A DNA stretch of 54,428 nt from Alloascoidea hylecoeti (Eukaryota), in the NCBI GenBank assembly GCA_001600815.1, contig BCKZ01000001.1, positions 171,942 to 226,369 of the forward strand, given 5' to 3'. The notes below the pieces were generated by a model. That model did not search any database, was not told where the DNA came from, and worked only from the letters and a program-made list of their open reading frames with translations. Every line of letters begins with the position of its first letter. Position 1 is the stretch's first letter. This document shows, one piece after another, positions 1 to 12,401 of the stretch. Both the position numbers and the translations under genes were made by a program.

Positions 1-233
1 CCCGGCTATGAAAGCCTATATAAATAGTAAGTAGTTTCCTCTTTTTATAAGATAAGTTATTTTCACTTCAGCTAAATTATCGCTATATCCTTACACTACT
101 GATTATAATGGTTATGGTTAAAAGATGTCACTGGTGCTGTTAATATGAATTCTAGTAGTGGACGAATTAGCTGAAGCAATGTGATTGAAAGATGTGAGAT
201 TCCTTAGTACATATAGATCGAGTTATCAGAACT

Positions 234-263
234 AACGTTAATGTTAACGTTAACATTAACGTT
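234..263. repeat. Perfect 30-bp palindrome AACGTTAATGTTAACGTTAACATTAACGTT
   Basis: The sequence equals its own reverse complement over 30 nt (checked base by base). Confidence 0.9.
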
Positions 264-603
264 GTGTGTGACTTTAAGCTTCCCTGACCTTTTCTCTAGT
301 TAACAACGACAGAAATTAAGAGGAAAAATATTTGTAATTAATCTGAAATTACTGTGCTTCTGAAATCTTCTTTTGTAGAAAGAAGGGCTCTGGTGAATCA
401 GTGGTGATCTTGACGACTGCGATCAATGTTAACTTACGTATCTCTCAAGATTTTCAAATACGAACCTGTATTTATTAAATATACATTTATTTGGAATTGT
501 AGAATTAAGAACAGATTAATATTAACGAAGTATACGTAAATAGTGTGTAATATAATGAATTAAAAAAAAAATCCTCAATAATCAATAACGAAATCTATAT
601 TTT

Positions 604-2226
604 TTACAATTCATCTTTCCAAACTTCGGCTCCGATAACATTTCCCCAATTACGTGCACATCCACTTTCACTATCTTCAGATTCTTGATTAAAATAAGAG
701 TAATCACACTTGCATCGACATCCTATACCTTCACTTCTCTCTGTATCCCATGATTTCTGTGAGAAAAGATTTCGTATTTTGAAGAAACTACTACTTTCTG
801 TTGAACTGAAAGATGTTGTATCTAATTGTTTTCCAATCGCATTAGCAGGACAATGGCCTATTGTTGAATGTCTATAACCAAAATCTCTAAAGTAATGAAC
901 TTCTGAAGGAGCTAAAAACATTCCAACAGCAAGTGAATGAACAGGAGCATCACCCCAACGTTCTTTATAAAAGCCACCAGTTGATTCTAAAAAATCAAAA
1001 TATTTTTGATATTTTTCGTCTTTATAAATATCTAATCTTGCAATTTCAAAATTAGACCAAAAATGACATAAGTTATATTCTTCACCATCAAATTCATTTA
1101 GTTTTATATCAGGAAGTGAACTTTTTTTATATTGATCAATTAAAGTATTCCAATCAGAATTTGAAAGATTTTCAGAATTAAATAATTTCTCTGAATCTTT
1201 TGTTTCATTTAATTCTTTTTTCAAATAAACTTGTTCTCCTTGTAATGGATTTTTTATATTATTTGTAAACATTTTAAAACAATTAGATCCATCATTAGTT
1301 GAAATATTATTTTCTTTCATAAATTGTTTTGTAAATCTAAATAAATTAGGTATAGTTTCAGTTAATTCTTTTATAGTAATAACAAAACCATATTTTTTAT
1401 TATGTTTTTCCATTTCAATAAATGGATCATACGTGATATCACAAAAATAATCAATTTTTGGTTCAACACGCCAATACCAGTCATATTCTTGTAATAAAGG
1501 ATGTTTATAAAAAAAACCTGAATAAAATCTACACATTAAATGATAACTTTCCATACTACCATACATTATTCCATTATCAGATAATCGATGTAAACTTTCG
1601 TCTAAATCATATTTATTAAGAGAATTTGGAAAATTCCACAATGATGGTTCAATAATACCAAATTTTACATCTGATTTTGTATATTTAATAACTTCATTTT
1701 TAAATTCTTCATTAAATTCTTCATCATTTAAAAAAACATAAGGATAATTAAACCATTTATTGAAATGTTTTTCTAAAGAATTTATAGATTCAATAACACC
1801 TTCTAATTCTGAATTTCTTGATAAAATAACAAGAACAGCATTTGCTCTTTTTTGTTTCCTTTCTTGAAAAACATCTCGACATCCAATTTGAAAAGGTGAA
1901 TCAATTTCAGAACTTATATTTGTAAGACTTGTTTTGAAATTTATTGAATGTCGTTGTAAAATATCATCTAAACCATCATTAAATATTATTAACAAGATAA
2001 TTATAAATGTTATAACAAATAACAATATATTTATAAAAAAACATTTTTCATGTTGCATTTTTGATTTAAGAAATATTAATATATTTGAAAATGTAAGCGC
2101 TGAAAGTGGACTTTTTTGTGATTTTGATATATTTCTCTTTGGTTGGATTGTATTACTTGAATAATTGAAATTTTGAGGAAGATTTAGATTTGAAGAAGAT
2201 TCTGACATCAGTCTGAACCATTTCAT
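604..2226 (-). CDS. KRE2/KTR-family alpha-1,2-mannosyltransferase (GT15), KTR5/KTR7-like
   Basis: N-terminal TM anchor and GT15 motifs NxWFNYPYVFLND, YHLMCRFYSGFFY, WYWRVEP, YNLCHFWSNFEI, ERWGDAPVHSL. Confidence 0.93.
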   Translation of the reverse strand: MKWFRLMSESSSNLNLPQNFNYSSNTIQPKRNISKSQKSPLSALTFSNILIFLKSKMQHEKCFFINILLFVITFIIILLIIFNDGLDDILQRHSINFKTSLTNISSEIDSPFQIGCRDVFQERKQKRANAVLVILSRNSELEGVIESINSLEKHFNKWFNYPYVFLNDEEFNEEFKNEVIKYTKSDVKFGIIEPSLWNFPNSLNKYDLDESLHRLSDNGIMYGSMESYHLMCRFYSGFFYKHPLLQEYDWYWRVEPKIDYFCDITYDPFIEMEKHNKKYGFVITIKELTETIPNLFRFTKQFMKENNISTNDGSNCFKMFTNNIKNPLQGEQVYLKKELNETKDSEKLFNSENLSNSDWNTLIDQYKKSSLPDIKLNEFDGEEYNLCHFWSNFEIARLDIYKDEKYQKYFDFLESTGGFYKERWGDAPVHSLAVGMFLAPSEVHYFRDFGYRHSTIGHCPANAIGKQLDTTSFSSTESSSFFKIRNLFSQKSWDTERSEGIGCRCKCDYSYFNQESEDSESGCARNWGNVIGAEVWKDEL

Positions 2227-2696
2227 TGTATTTATATTTAATATGTTACAGTTGATTGTCTTTGTGGCCTAAAAAGAAAAAAATGAAAAAGGAAGATGAG
2301 AAAAAAAAAATGAGTAATCATTAAATTTCATCTGTGTCATGGTTAAAATTTTGAAAATAATTATAGTTCTATTAGCCATGGTTGATAACTCGATATGAAA
2401 CTAAAAAATTGAAGACCTGAGGTGACCAATTCAAAAGAAGCTTATGTTAATATATTGGAAGTGCATAATTGTGTTTTTATTAGTGCAAATAGTTGATGAT
2501 ATCGAGAGCATTTGAGTTTTATAGTTAAATGATATACTCACTATGGTAAGATGTCGACATGTTTATTGTAATACTTATTTCGATTTATAATAGTTGCATT
2601 AATATTGTAATAATTCTGGTTAAATAGCAAGAGAAGAGCAAATTTGAGATAACACAATTGATTGATTATGTTCAAATAAAATTCAAGTTGGATGAT

Positions 2697-3721
2697 TTAT
2701 ACCCTTCCTTTAGCAGAAATCATCATTTTCATTAAATGAATGTCCTGACCAACTTCCTCTGTTTTTAAACCGGGAACACCTGGGAAGACGTTATTACTTC
2801 TTGAACTCGATTTCTTATCACCAAATAGTAATCCTCCAAGCCCATCTCGATCACTGAAAAAATCGTCACTGTTATTGTTATTGCTATTATTCTTACCGTT
2901 CCCTCCACTGACAGCTCCAGGACCTGTGCTACTTCGGTACTCAGTGAGATTTCGAGCCTTACGTCGTCTTCTTGAACCAGTACCATCACCAGATAGTACG
3001 ACACTGTCTTCATAATTACTACTCATATCTTCACCTTGTCCTCTTTTCCGCAAATTTCTTCGGTCATTATAAAATCCCGAAAGACTTGGAGAACCCGGAG
3101 ATTCAGTATTACCATTCGATCGCGTCGAGAAACCTCCATTAAGAAAATAGGAATTATCATTAGCAACATCAATCAAAGCTTTATCTTCTTTATGTTTTTT
3201 TATAGTTTTTTCTAATTTATCATAAAGTTTTTCTTTTGCTAATTTGATAATTTGTTCATGCTCTTCATTAATTTGTTCCACCGCAATTTGAAATTCTCGA
3301 TCAGAGCATTGTCTTTGGTAATCTTCCCAGAGGTTTAACCTAACCAATTCCTCATCTCTATTTTCTTCTAAATCCGTTAATTCATTCAAGAAAAATTCAT
3401 TTGTACCTTGATGAATTGATGCTAAAGTTCTTTGTAATTGATGGAGCATATTTCTATAATGTTGATCTCTATCATTTTTAAACATTTCAGATAGACTATT
3501 TAGATGTTGTGAAATATTATTTCGACGTTTATCACGTTTATTAGATGTATTATTACCTAATATTTATTTAAAAAAGAAAGACAATGGTTAGAAAAAATTA
3601 TATTCGGATTGAATGTTATCAGGACTAGGGAAAGTTGGAAAATAGCAACACTTAGATGAAGAAGAAAAAAGTACTTACCTTCATGATAATATTGAGGTGG
3701 AACCACTCGTCCATTATCCAT
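2697..3721 (-). CDS. SDS3: Sds3-like Rpd3L/Sin3 HDAC complex subunit; exons 3721-3679 and 3556-2697
   Basis: GTAAGT donor at 3678, TTCTAAC branch at ~3590 and TAG acceptor at 3557. Splicing gives in-frame MDNGRVVPPQYYHEG-NNTSNKRDKRRNNISQHL..MFKNDRDQHYR, a typical Sds3 coiled-coil N-terminus. Confidence 0.8.
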
Positions 3722-4689
3722 TTCTGTTATGTTTAACTTGTTAAAAATAAGGGAAAATGAACTTATAAATAAATACAATATTGTAACAAAGAATAGCTTT
3801 TTTTCTTTCGCGGAACTTTCGTGGAAGGTAGGGTAACAGCTGTGATGATTAGGCACGTTTTTTCATAATATTTTTAAGTTTATTTTTATATTGTTTTGAG
3901 ATAGGAATGAAACTAAATGTCCGTACCACAGAGACGAAATCTGAAAGATATACAGATTATCAAAATTTACTGCTCAGGAACTATCACAAACATTCAATAT
4001 ATTAATTAACAATTATAACTCTAAGACTTTGACGATTTTATACCCACCATCATTCAATGAAGTTGTCTAATAATAAAAAAGAAACGCCAAGAGAAGAAGA
4101 AGTCGAAAATGGTGGATTAGTATCCGTTTCAAATCTTCTCCAATGCCTTCATTTTCACCACAGAGTACACCCACCAGTTAATTTACCTGGATTTGCATAT
4201 ATTTTGTCTAATAACGTAAATAAGATAATTATAAAATGTGAGACATACACCTAGAAACACAGCTGATAGCTTAAGTCATCAAATGAATGAAATCTCATCA
4301 AGATTTGTTGAAAGTCCCTAAAACCAAGTTCGAATCCATCAATGTTCAATACTAAAGACATTAACAAGGTTGACTAGCTTGATGGAAGGGACATCTATAA
4401 AATGGGGAGGTATTCTTGTACTTTCCATATGATTACATATAGATAAGAAATATTAATTAGATTGGTAACAAGAGCTTTCTACCTAATGATAGTATTTATT
4501 ATTTTAGAATCCAGATATATGTAAGTGAAAGTAACTCTAAGTAGATTGTGACGAGAATCAAAAATTCTTGTAATATAGGCGGAAGGCTTAATATTGCACC
4601 TTTAACTTAATTGTGTGGTTCACCTTAAATAAATATATCAACAAGTTATCAGATATGCCAATTTTTGTCAGGTTACAAACTTTGTTTCG

Positions 4690-6432
4690 CTAATCATATG
4701 GCCACGATAATCCCTGAGAATCCTTTTCGTCATAACTGTTTAAAATACACCATGGTTCATCAGTATTATTATATTGTGTTATTGGTAAGTCATATGGCAA
4801 CCTAATTCCAATATTAATTATACCATCTTTACTTTTCAATGGAATATTTGAATTAAACAATGGTATGAATTGATGTTTATATTTTTCCGTATCCCATAGT
4901 TCAGGATATAATAATATACCACATTCATATGATCCACAACGAATAGATTCGAAATTTATAAAACCCCAAGCTTGATGTGATAAATTGGCGCTTGTCATGA
5001 GAATCCAATCCAATTTCTTTTCATGATGATTACTTTTATCATTACTATTACAATTATCCCGATCGTATTTAATGTAGGTTTTTATATGTAAAGGATATTT
5101 TTCTCTACCACAATTTTTTGTAATACATTTATAAAATAAATGTTTATTTGTATTATACCAATTTTTTGATTTTGAATTATTATTTCTAAAATGAATTGCC
5201 GTACCAGTAAGATACCCCATTTTTGAATTTGCAACTTCTTGAGGAGTAGGGAATATTATATTTAATAGTGATTTATTATCTTTAACAATAGATTTTGATT
5301 TTGATTTTGACTTTATTTTTGGGGAGACTTGGCAATGTGTTAATTCAATTCCATTACAAGCGTTTAAAAAAGTTTCAACGAAACTACATGACAGTGTTGC
5401 GATAGATGATACTTGTGCATTTATTTGACTTTTTTGTGATGATGATGATGATATGTTGATAATCTTTTTAAATTTATGATTATATGTTTCAATTGATTTC
5501 TTTAACTTTCCTAATGCGAATTTATGATAATCACCAGTTGTTTTAGAATAAGTTCCAGGAACACTTGCAATAAAAATTCCTTTGACATTTGAAAAATCAT
5601 ACTTTTCTAAATCATTTATAAGATTTTTAAGTCCAATAAGTTTATAATTTTTCAAATATTCCAAAAAATCATTTTCAAATTGACAATTATGATTTGATAA
5701 ATCATTTAAATTTTTCTTTAATAAAAGAAATGGTGATTTCCAAATACCTTGTGTAAGACCACCCCAATCAAAAGGTATTAAATTTACTGTTGTTATGATA
5801 ATTTTTCTTTTATGATTTTTATATTTTAGTATCATTAATTTTGAATGATGAGTACCATATTTATTTTTTAATCTTGCTGTTAATATTTTTATATTACATT
5901 TAATATTATGATTTAATTTAAAATTTTCTAATTCATTTTCCAAATCGATATATAATTGGTTTGATGGTGTAAATCCTTGTATGAAATGAATAATTCCATT
6001 GGGGTTTGATAATAGAGATGGATGAACTAAAGATAAAAAAAAATCCATAGATATCATGTAATTAAATTGATACTATATTCATGTATTACTTTATATGTTA
6101 ATATAAACATGTATTATGGGATATCATTCATAGCTTACCATTTCTATTATATCTTCATCTCCAACCAGTTCGCTTAATCTAACAAGTCCCGATTTTTCAA
6201 TAGACAGGGGTAATCCAGGATTTGAATTTAAGAGTATAGGAGATTCAATAACTTCATAGTTAACATTATCTGGTTCATTGGTACTATCAGAATCAATTAC
6301 ATAAAGATTGTCCTCTATATTTTCTTTCTTAAAGCTTGAGTCAGTAATTATTACGTCGTCTCTGGAGTTGGAGTCGTCTTGAGATGAATCTTCAGAATCA
6401 TCTATGGCTATAATTTTCCTTTTCAGATCCAT
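4690..6432 (-). CDS. TDP1: Tyrosyl-DNA phosphodiesterase 1; exons 6432-6139 and 6072-4690
   Basis: Two HxK motifs (YGTHHSKLM, PLHIKTY), TSANLS..AWG and SYECGIL. A 66-nt intron (GTAAGC..TATTAAC..TAG) joins the two ORFs in frame as EM|YQFNYM. Confidence 0.9.
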
Positions 6433-6632
6433 ACCAAGGGATATGTCGGTATTGAAAGATGAATCTACTGGGTTTTTGTCTCCCTAGTAAAGGTTGTTGA
6501 TTTTCATTGGAGTCCCGTGATATGTCTTATGAATATATCATAGGATAACCGTTAAGTCTTAAATTTTACTATTGATAATCTTAAGCTTACATTTTTACAA
6601 TTGATAAGCGTAGTTGCAATTGAAGCTAAAAA

Positions 6633-7706
6633 ATGCACACACAAACACAAGTCGTTATTGTAGGTGCTGGTGTTATTGGCCTAACATGTGCCCTTGTACT
6701 CTCAGAATCCTCCAAAAACTATGATATTACTATCATAGCATCCCATTTCCCAGATGATCCTTTATCCCCAAATTATACTTCACCATGGGCCGGTGCCCAT
6801 TTCCGACCTTTTCCTTCCGTTAATCCTCATGATAAACGAGAATCTGAATATACTAGAAAAACATTTCAATACTTTAAAACATTTTCAATTAATCATCCAG
6901 AAAGTAGTATTAAATTTATTAAAGGAATTGAATATCTTGAAAAACCAAATGATTATTATGAATCTTTATCACCTGGATTTTCAAATGATATTCCAAATTT
7001 TAAAACAATTTCATCTAATTCTTTACCATTTAACAATATTAAATTAGGTGTAAAATATGATACTTTTGTACTTAATTCACCAATTTATATTCAATTTTTA
7101 CAAAGATTTTTAAAATTTAATTATCATGTTAATTTTAAAAGATCTACATTAAATTCTTTAAAACAAGTTTTTCAAATTTATGGTAATGATATTATTATTA
7201 TTAATGCTTCTGGTCAAGGATTACAATATAATGGTGGATATGATCCGAAATGTTTCCCAATAAGAGGACAAACACTATTGGTTAGACCACCAAAAGGTAT
7301 GACTGATTATGATAATGTCACAATTACACATCAAGATAAAAATCAATTATGGACTTTTGTTATTCCAAGACCTTTAAATGGTGGAATTATTTTAGGTGGT
7401 ACTAAACAACCAAATGATTTAGATCCAAATCCAAGAAATGAAGATACAAAAAGCCTTATTGAAAGGGGTAAAAAATTATATCCAAAATTGTTTTATCCTG
7501 ATGGATCATTAGATATTCAAAATGTGAATGTTGGATTTAGACCTGCTAGAGAAGGTGGATCAAGAATAGAAAAGGAAGTTGTCAATGTAGAAGGGAAGAA
7601 GAAGATTGTTCATGCTTATGGGCTTGGTGGTATGGGGTTCGAAACTTCTTATGGTGTTGCTAAGCACGTTCAAAGGCTAGTTGAAGGTCATGAAAGTAAA
7701 TTATAA
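6633..7706 (+). CDS. DAO1: D-amino-acid oxidase, peroxisomal
   Basis: GAGVIG FAD-binding motif, YTSPWAGAH, RGQT, VGFRPAR, HAYGLGGMGFE and a C-terminal PTS1 SKL. Confidence 0.92.
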   Translation: MHTQTQVVIVGAGVIGLTCALVLSESSKNYDITIIASHFPDDPLSPNYTSPWAGAHFRPFPSVNPHDKRESEYTRKTFQYFKTFSINHPESSIKFIKGIEYLEKPNDYYESLSPGFSNDIPNFKTISSNSLPFNNIKLGVKYDTFVLNSPIYIQFLQRFLKFNYHVNFKRSTLNSLKQVFQIYGNDIIIINASGQGLQYNGGYDPKCFPIRGQTLLVRPPKGMTDYDNVTITHQDKNQLWTFVIPRPLNGGIILGGTKQPNDLDPNPRNEDTKSLIERGKKLYPKLFYPDGSLDIQNVNVGFRPAREGGSRIEKEVVNVEGKKKIVHAYGLGGMGFETSYGVAKHVQRLVEGHESKL

Positions 7707-7739
7707 TCATATATATATTTTTATATACCATGAAATTAA

Positions 7740-9254
7740 TCACTCTAAAATAGGGTTTAAAGGACCAGTTGAACCTGGCATTTTACAAACACTTCTTTTG
7801 ATATAGACCCCACTTTTATCATCAATCGAAACAATTCCATCCTTATCTCTATCCCACACTAATTTTCCTCTAACAAAAGTATATCTTGGCCAATTATTAA
7901 AATTCATCCCTTCATATGGTGTATAGTCATATTGATGATGTAACATATCATTAGATAATTTAAAAGGTTTCATTTTACCTTGAGGATACCATATAATTAT
8001 ATCAGCATCTTTACCAACTTCAATTGATCCCTTTGAATCCATACCATAAATTTTTGAAGGATTTGTTGATGTTACTTCAACATATTTTGAAGGGGATATT
8101 TTATTAGTTTCAACTCCGTAACACCAAAGTAATGGACATCTTGTTTCAATACCAGGCATACCATTTGGAATTTTATTAAAATGTGGTATTCCATTAATTA
8201 AACCAATTTTTTTACCAATTTTTGAATCATCATATATGCATGGGGCATGATCCGATGAAAAAATTGTTACTGTTCCATTTTTAATTGCATTCCAAACACC
8301 ATTTAATTCATCATTTGTTTGTCTTAATGGAGGAGAACAAACGTATTTTGCACCTTCAAATTTATCAGCAGCTGTATTGCAATTATCATTATGTCTACAA
8401 CCTTTCAAATAATCACTTGTTAAGAATAAATATTGAGGACAAGTTTCTGAATAAATCGGTAAGCATTTCTTTTGAGCGTCAGCAACATGATTTAAAGAGT
8501 CTATTGTTGACATATGAACAATTAAAATTGGAGTGTCAATAATTTTAGATAATGATATAACTCTATATGAAGCTTCATCTTCAGTTATAATTGGTTTTGA
8601 AATTGTATGATAAAAAGGATCAGTTAATTTTTTAGATTCTAATTTTTCAATTAAAAATTCTATAATATCATTATTTTCAGCATGAATCATTGTTAATATA
8701 CCTAATTTTCTATTGGTTAACATAATTTTTAATATATCATAATCTGATAATTTTAATGATTCATAAGTTGTAAATATTTTTATACTTGTTATACCTTTTT
8801 CTTTTACAAGTTTTGGTAATTCATTTTTTAATAAATTTGAATTAATATTTGTTAAAATTAAATGAAATCCATAATCACAATATGAATTATTTTTTGAAAT
8901 ATTTTCAACTCTTTTAATCATTTGAAATAAATTTAAATTTAAATCATTAGTATTTTCTTGTTGAATAAATGTTATAATTGATGTTGTACCACCGGAAATT
9001 GCTGATTTTGTAGCTGTCTCAAAATTATCATGCCAAAAATTATTGACTTCTTCCAAGTGAACATGAGCATCTATTCCACCTGGAGTTATATAAGCCCCTT
9101 CAGCATCAAATAATGATTTACCTTGTAAAGGGTGTGTGGAAATTGTTGATATTATGCCGTTCGATATCCCAATATAAAGAGATGGAGGGAGGATTGTTGA
9201 GGCTGTTACTACTTGGCCGTTGAATATGACTGTGTCGTAGATTTCTGAGGTCAT
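7740..9254 (-). CDS. Dihydropyrimidinase / D-hydantoinase (cyclic amidohydrolase)
   Basis: PGGIDAHVH, carbamylated-Lys context SIKIF, IHAEN, VHMS, ETCPQYL, YVCSPPLR, SSDHAP, IPNGMPGIETR. First ATG is at 9254 (the ORF track starts at a TTG). Confidence 0.92.
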   Translation of the reverse strand: MTSEIYDTVIFNGQVVTASTILPPSLYIGISNGIISTISTHPLQGKSLFDAEGAYITPGGIDAHVHLEEVNNFWHDNFETATKSAISGGTTSIITFIQQENTNDLNLNLFQMIKRVENISKNNSYCDYGFHLILTNINSNLLKNELPKLVKEKGITSIKIFTTYESLKLSDYDILKIMLTNRKLGILTMIHAENNDIIEFLIEKLESKKLTDPFYHTISKPIITEDEASYRVISLSKIIDTPILIVHMSTIDSLNHVADAQKKCLPIYSETCPQYLFLTSDYLKGCRHNDNCNTAADKFEGAKYVCSPPLRQTNDELNGVWNAIKNGTVTIFSSDHAPCIYDDSKIGKKIGLINGIPHFNKIPNGMPGIETRCPLLWCYGVETNKISPSKYVEVTSTNPSKIYGMDSKGSIEVGKDADIIIWYPQGKMKPFKLSNDMLHHQYDYTPYEGMNFNNWPRYTFVRGKLVWDRDKDGIVSIDDKSGVYIKRSVCKMPGSTGPLNPILE

Positions 9255-9415
9255 ATTGTTCAATATTAATGTTTCAATGTCAATATTTCAATATCAATGT
9301 CAGTAATAATGTGTATAAGAATGGAGTACTAATTGAATGTGATGGTGTGTAAGTTACGCTAAATCTACATTTCTTATCTATATTCTAATCCACCAATCTC
9401 ACCCGATCATGATAT

Positions 9416-10531
9416 CTATTTTCCCAACACTTCTGTATTTAATAAATTCTTAGGAATACCATCTCCATAAAACCAATCCATCAAATTACTAACACATTTT
9501 CTCTCAAATTCTTTAAAACTATCCCTTGATCCAACTCCAACATGTGGTAAAATCGTAATCATATAATTTTCCCTTAATAATTCATTTACTTTTGGTTCAA
9601 ATTCCAAAACATCAAGTCCACAACCAATAACTTGTTTATTATTAATTGCATCAATTAAATCTAATTCTGATATAATTGGACCTCGTGCAATATTAACAAT
9701 TCTAACTTTTGATTTCATTAATTTGAAGGATTCTTTGTTTATGAGATGATGTGTTTCTTTTGTATATGGACATGAGATAAATATACAATCTGATTTAGAA
9801 TACAAATCTTTTAGATCTTTACAATAAATATCATCTGTAGATGTAGAATCATCATCATTCAAGATTTGAGATAATGATTTTAGTTTTCCATCCAACGATG
9901 TTTTTCGAGATGGAGAATTATAAATGATCTTCATACCAAACGCAGAAGCAGCTTTTGCGACGTTGAACCCAATATTACCTAAACCAATAATGCCAAGTGT
10001 CTTACCCTTTGGATCTTCGCTATATGGGAAAATCTGCTCGTGATCTTGATACCTATCATCCCTAATACATTTTTCAGCATAGCTTAGATATCTAAACGAG
10101 GCTAAGATCAGATAAATACCAACATCGGCAGTTGCTCTATCACAAGATTGTGGACTATTGCAAAAGGCAATTCCTTGTGATGTTAAGTATGGTACATCAA
10201 CAACATCAAAACCGTGTCCCGATTCAACGACGATCTCCACGGATGTAGGTAATAACCTAACGGCTTCATTTTTCAAAATGAGATGTGATTTATAAGGCAT
10301 TGATTTAAGCCATGTTGATCTACAAATAGCTTTTATTCCGTTATATCTTCCATTATTCGGTTTTTTCAATTCTTCGATATAATCTTCAATTGTAGGATGA
10401 TTATACTCTATTAGCGTAAAGTTATCGTTTAGTGTTTTCCATGCTTCAGGATGATGGATTGGTTTATCCCAAGGAATGTATAAAACCTTCGGCTTTTCAA
10501 TATTATTGTTATTCCGATTTTTGGATGACAT
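9416..10531 (-). CDS. D-isomer-specific 2-hydroxyacid dehydrogenase (glyoxylate reductase-like)
   Basis: GIIGLGNIG Rossmann motif; catalytic residues in VNIARG, LDVLEFEP and LPHVG. Confidence 0.9.
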   Translation of the reverse strand: MSSKNRNNNNIEKPKVLYIPWDKPIHHPEAWKTLNDNFTLIEYNHPTIEDYIEELKKPNNGRYNGIKAICRSTWLKSMPYKSHLILKNEAVRLLPTSVEIVVESGHGFDVVDVPYLTSQGIAFCNSPQSCDRATADVGIYLILASFRYLSYAEKCIRDDRYQDHEQIFPYSEDPKGKTLGIIGLGNIGFNVAKAASAFGMKIIYNSPSRKTSLDGKLKSLSQILNDDDSTSTDDIYCKDLKDLYSKSDCIFISCPYTKETHHLINKESFKLMKSKVRIVNIARGPIISELDLIDAINNKQVIGCGLDVLEFEPKVNELLRENYMITILPHVGVGSRDSFKEFERKCVSNLMDWFYGDGIPKNLLNTEVLGK

Positions 10532-10882
10532 TTAGTTAATTAATTAGTTGTGTGATTTTTATTGGAAAAATGATAGCTCCGGCTCCGGTCATAAATAATA
10601 TTAATTATTTGGTATTAATGAATATTTCAATTGGTGGAGGAATCTGCAGCAGGCCAAAAATAGATATACTCTTCCAAGTTTTTAACTTTTACTTGGTACT
10701 TTTTTTTTTCCTCTCTATAAAATTGTAACACCATTTAGTGTTTTGGTGTATAAACTGAAATTATTTAGGTCCCGTTATTGGAAATCTTTTTTTCTTTCTT
10801 TCAACCTTCTACACTAGTTTCTACCAATTTCAAGTAGTCTTACTAGTCTAACACTCTCACTTCCTCGCTCAATCCTCACTCA

Positions 10883-12315
10883 ATGAACGACTCTGCAGCA
10901 ACTGCTTCTGCAAGATCGTCCTCAACGGTTGCTTCTGGTGAAGCCCGATTACGCCAGCACGTGTTCCGATCACCACCAAGTCCGTTATCATCTAGTTCAG
11001 ACTCCATCGATGAATTAGAAATAGATGAATATAACATTGATGGAAAATTGATTAATTTTAAATTTGGGAGTGAAAATTCATCAACCTCTTCAATTACTGA
11101 TGTTGGTGAAATCGCACCAGATGAAAACGTTGACGTGAATAATTCTTCAAACGGATCTATAAAACGTGGTACATTGAATTTTACTACTAAAACTATTTCA
11201 GAGGAACAAACTTTTCAAAAAATTGATGCTCGAAATTCTAATACTCGTCTGTCGAAACCGCAAGTATTTATGAAATTTTTGCAAGAAAAGCAAATCGGTA
11301 AGTAACAAGTATACCTATTTATACAAAAAATTTAACTAACATTTTTCAAATTCAAGAATTGCCAATTGGAATATTGACTGTACTTCTTATTGCCAATCAA
11401 ATTCCTTCATTACGACCATATACCGCAAAATTTATCTATTTACAATATCGACAACACTCTCTAAATTCAACAACAGCTTCAAATTCAGATCTTTATCATA
11501 TAGGAAATGATGATATTTATTTCATCATTACATGGGTTGTTGCACTTACTTTTATCCGTGCATTTTTAATGGATTATGTTTTATATCCTTTAGCTACTTT
11601 TTTTAACATTACCAAAAAGAAACAAATTCAAAGATTTATAGAACAAGGTTGGAGTGTTTTTTATTATGTTACAAGTTTTTCAATTGGATTATATTTATAT
11701 TATTTTACACCATATTTTTTAAATTCAAAAGAAATTTATAATAATTGGCCACATTATGAGTTATCTGGTGGTTTTAAATCATATTATTTAATTCAATTAT
11801 CATGTTGGTTTCAACAAATTTTTATATTAAATATTGAAAAAAGAAGAAAAGATCATGTTCAAATGTTTTCTCATCATATTATTACAATTGGTCTTGTTTC
11901 TGCTTCTTATTTTTATTATTTTACAAGAATTGGTCATGTTATTTTAATTTTAATGGATTTTGTTGATATTTGGTTATCTGCTGCAAAAATGTTAAAATAT
12001 ATTGGTTTTACAAAAGCTTGTGATTTTTTCTTTCTTATATTTTTGGTATCTTGGATTGTGTTAAGACATGGAGTTTATAATTATTTATATTATATCACTT
12101 TATTTGATATTAAAGGTGGTCATTGTGATGATCCATTTAACAATAATAAACACATTAGATGTTATACTGATGGTATATTAAATATGTTTTTCATATTATT
12201 GGGTCTATTACAATTCATAACCATTATTTGGATGGTACTTATTCTAAAAGTGCTTTATAAAGTGGTTACCGGGAAAGGTGCTGATGATATCAGATCTGAT
12301 GATGAAGATGATTAG
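10883..12315 (+). CDS. LAG1: Ceramide synthase (TLC/Lag1 domain); exons 10883-11297 and 11357-12315
   Basis: Lag1 motif EKRRKDHVQMFSHH..MDFVD..KMLKY and C-terminal DIRSDDE. A 59-nt intron (GTAAGT..ACTAAC..AAG) fuses the two ORFs in frame (KQI-E-LPIG). Confidence 0.9.
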
Positions 12316-12338
12316 ATTGATATCACCTATATATTTAC

Positions 12339-12401
12339 TTTCATATTCATATTCATATTCATATTCATACTCTAAAATATACAATATACAATATACAATA
12401 T
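12339..12401. repeat. Short tandem repeats (TTCATA)x5 and (AATATAC)x3 in the LAG1 3' region
   Basis: Directly visible tandem units. Confidence 0.8.

Noticed and set aside
108..143. Micro-ORF MVMVKRCHWCC downstream of a TATA box, considered as an a-factor-like pheromone
   Set aside because: It does not end in CAAX, has only 11 codons and has no other support.
3557..3856. 99-aa ORF as a separate gene
   Set aside because: It is SDS3 exon 1 read through into the intron, plus upstream sequence.
4057..4254. 65-aa ORF in the SDS3-TDP1 spacer
   Set aside because: No recognisable motif or convincing splice partners.
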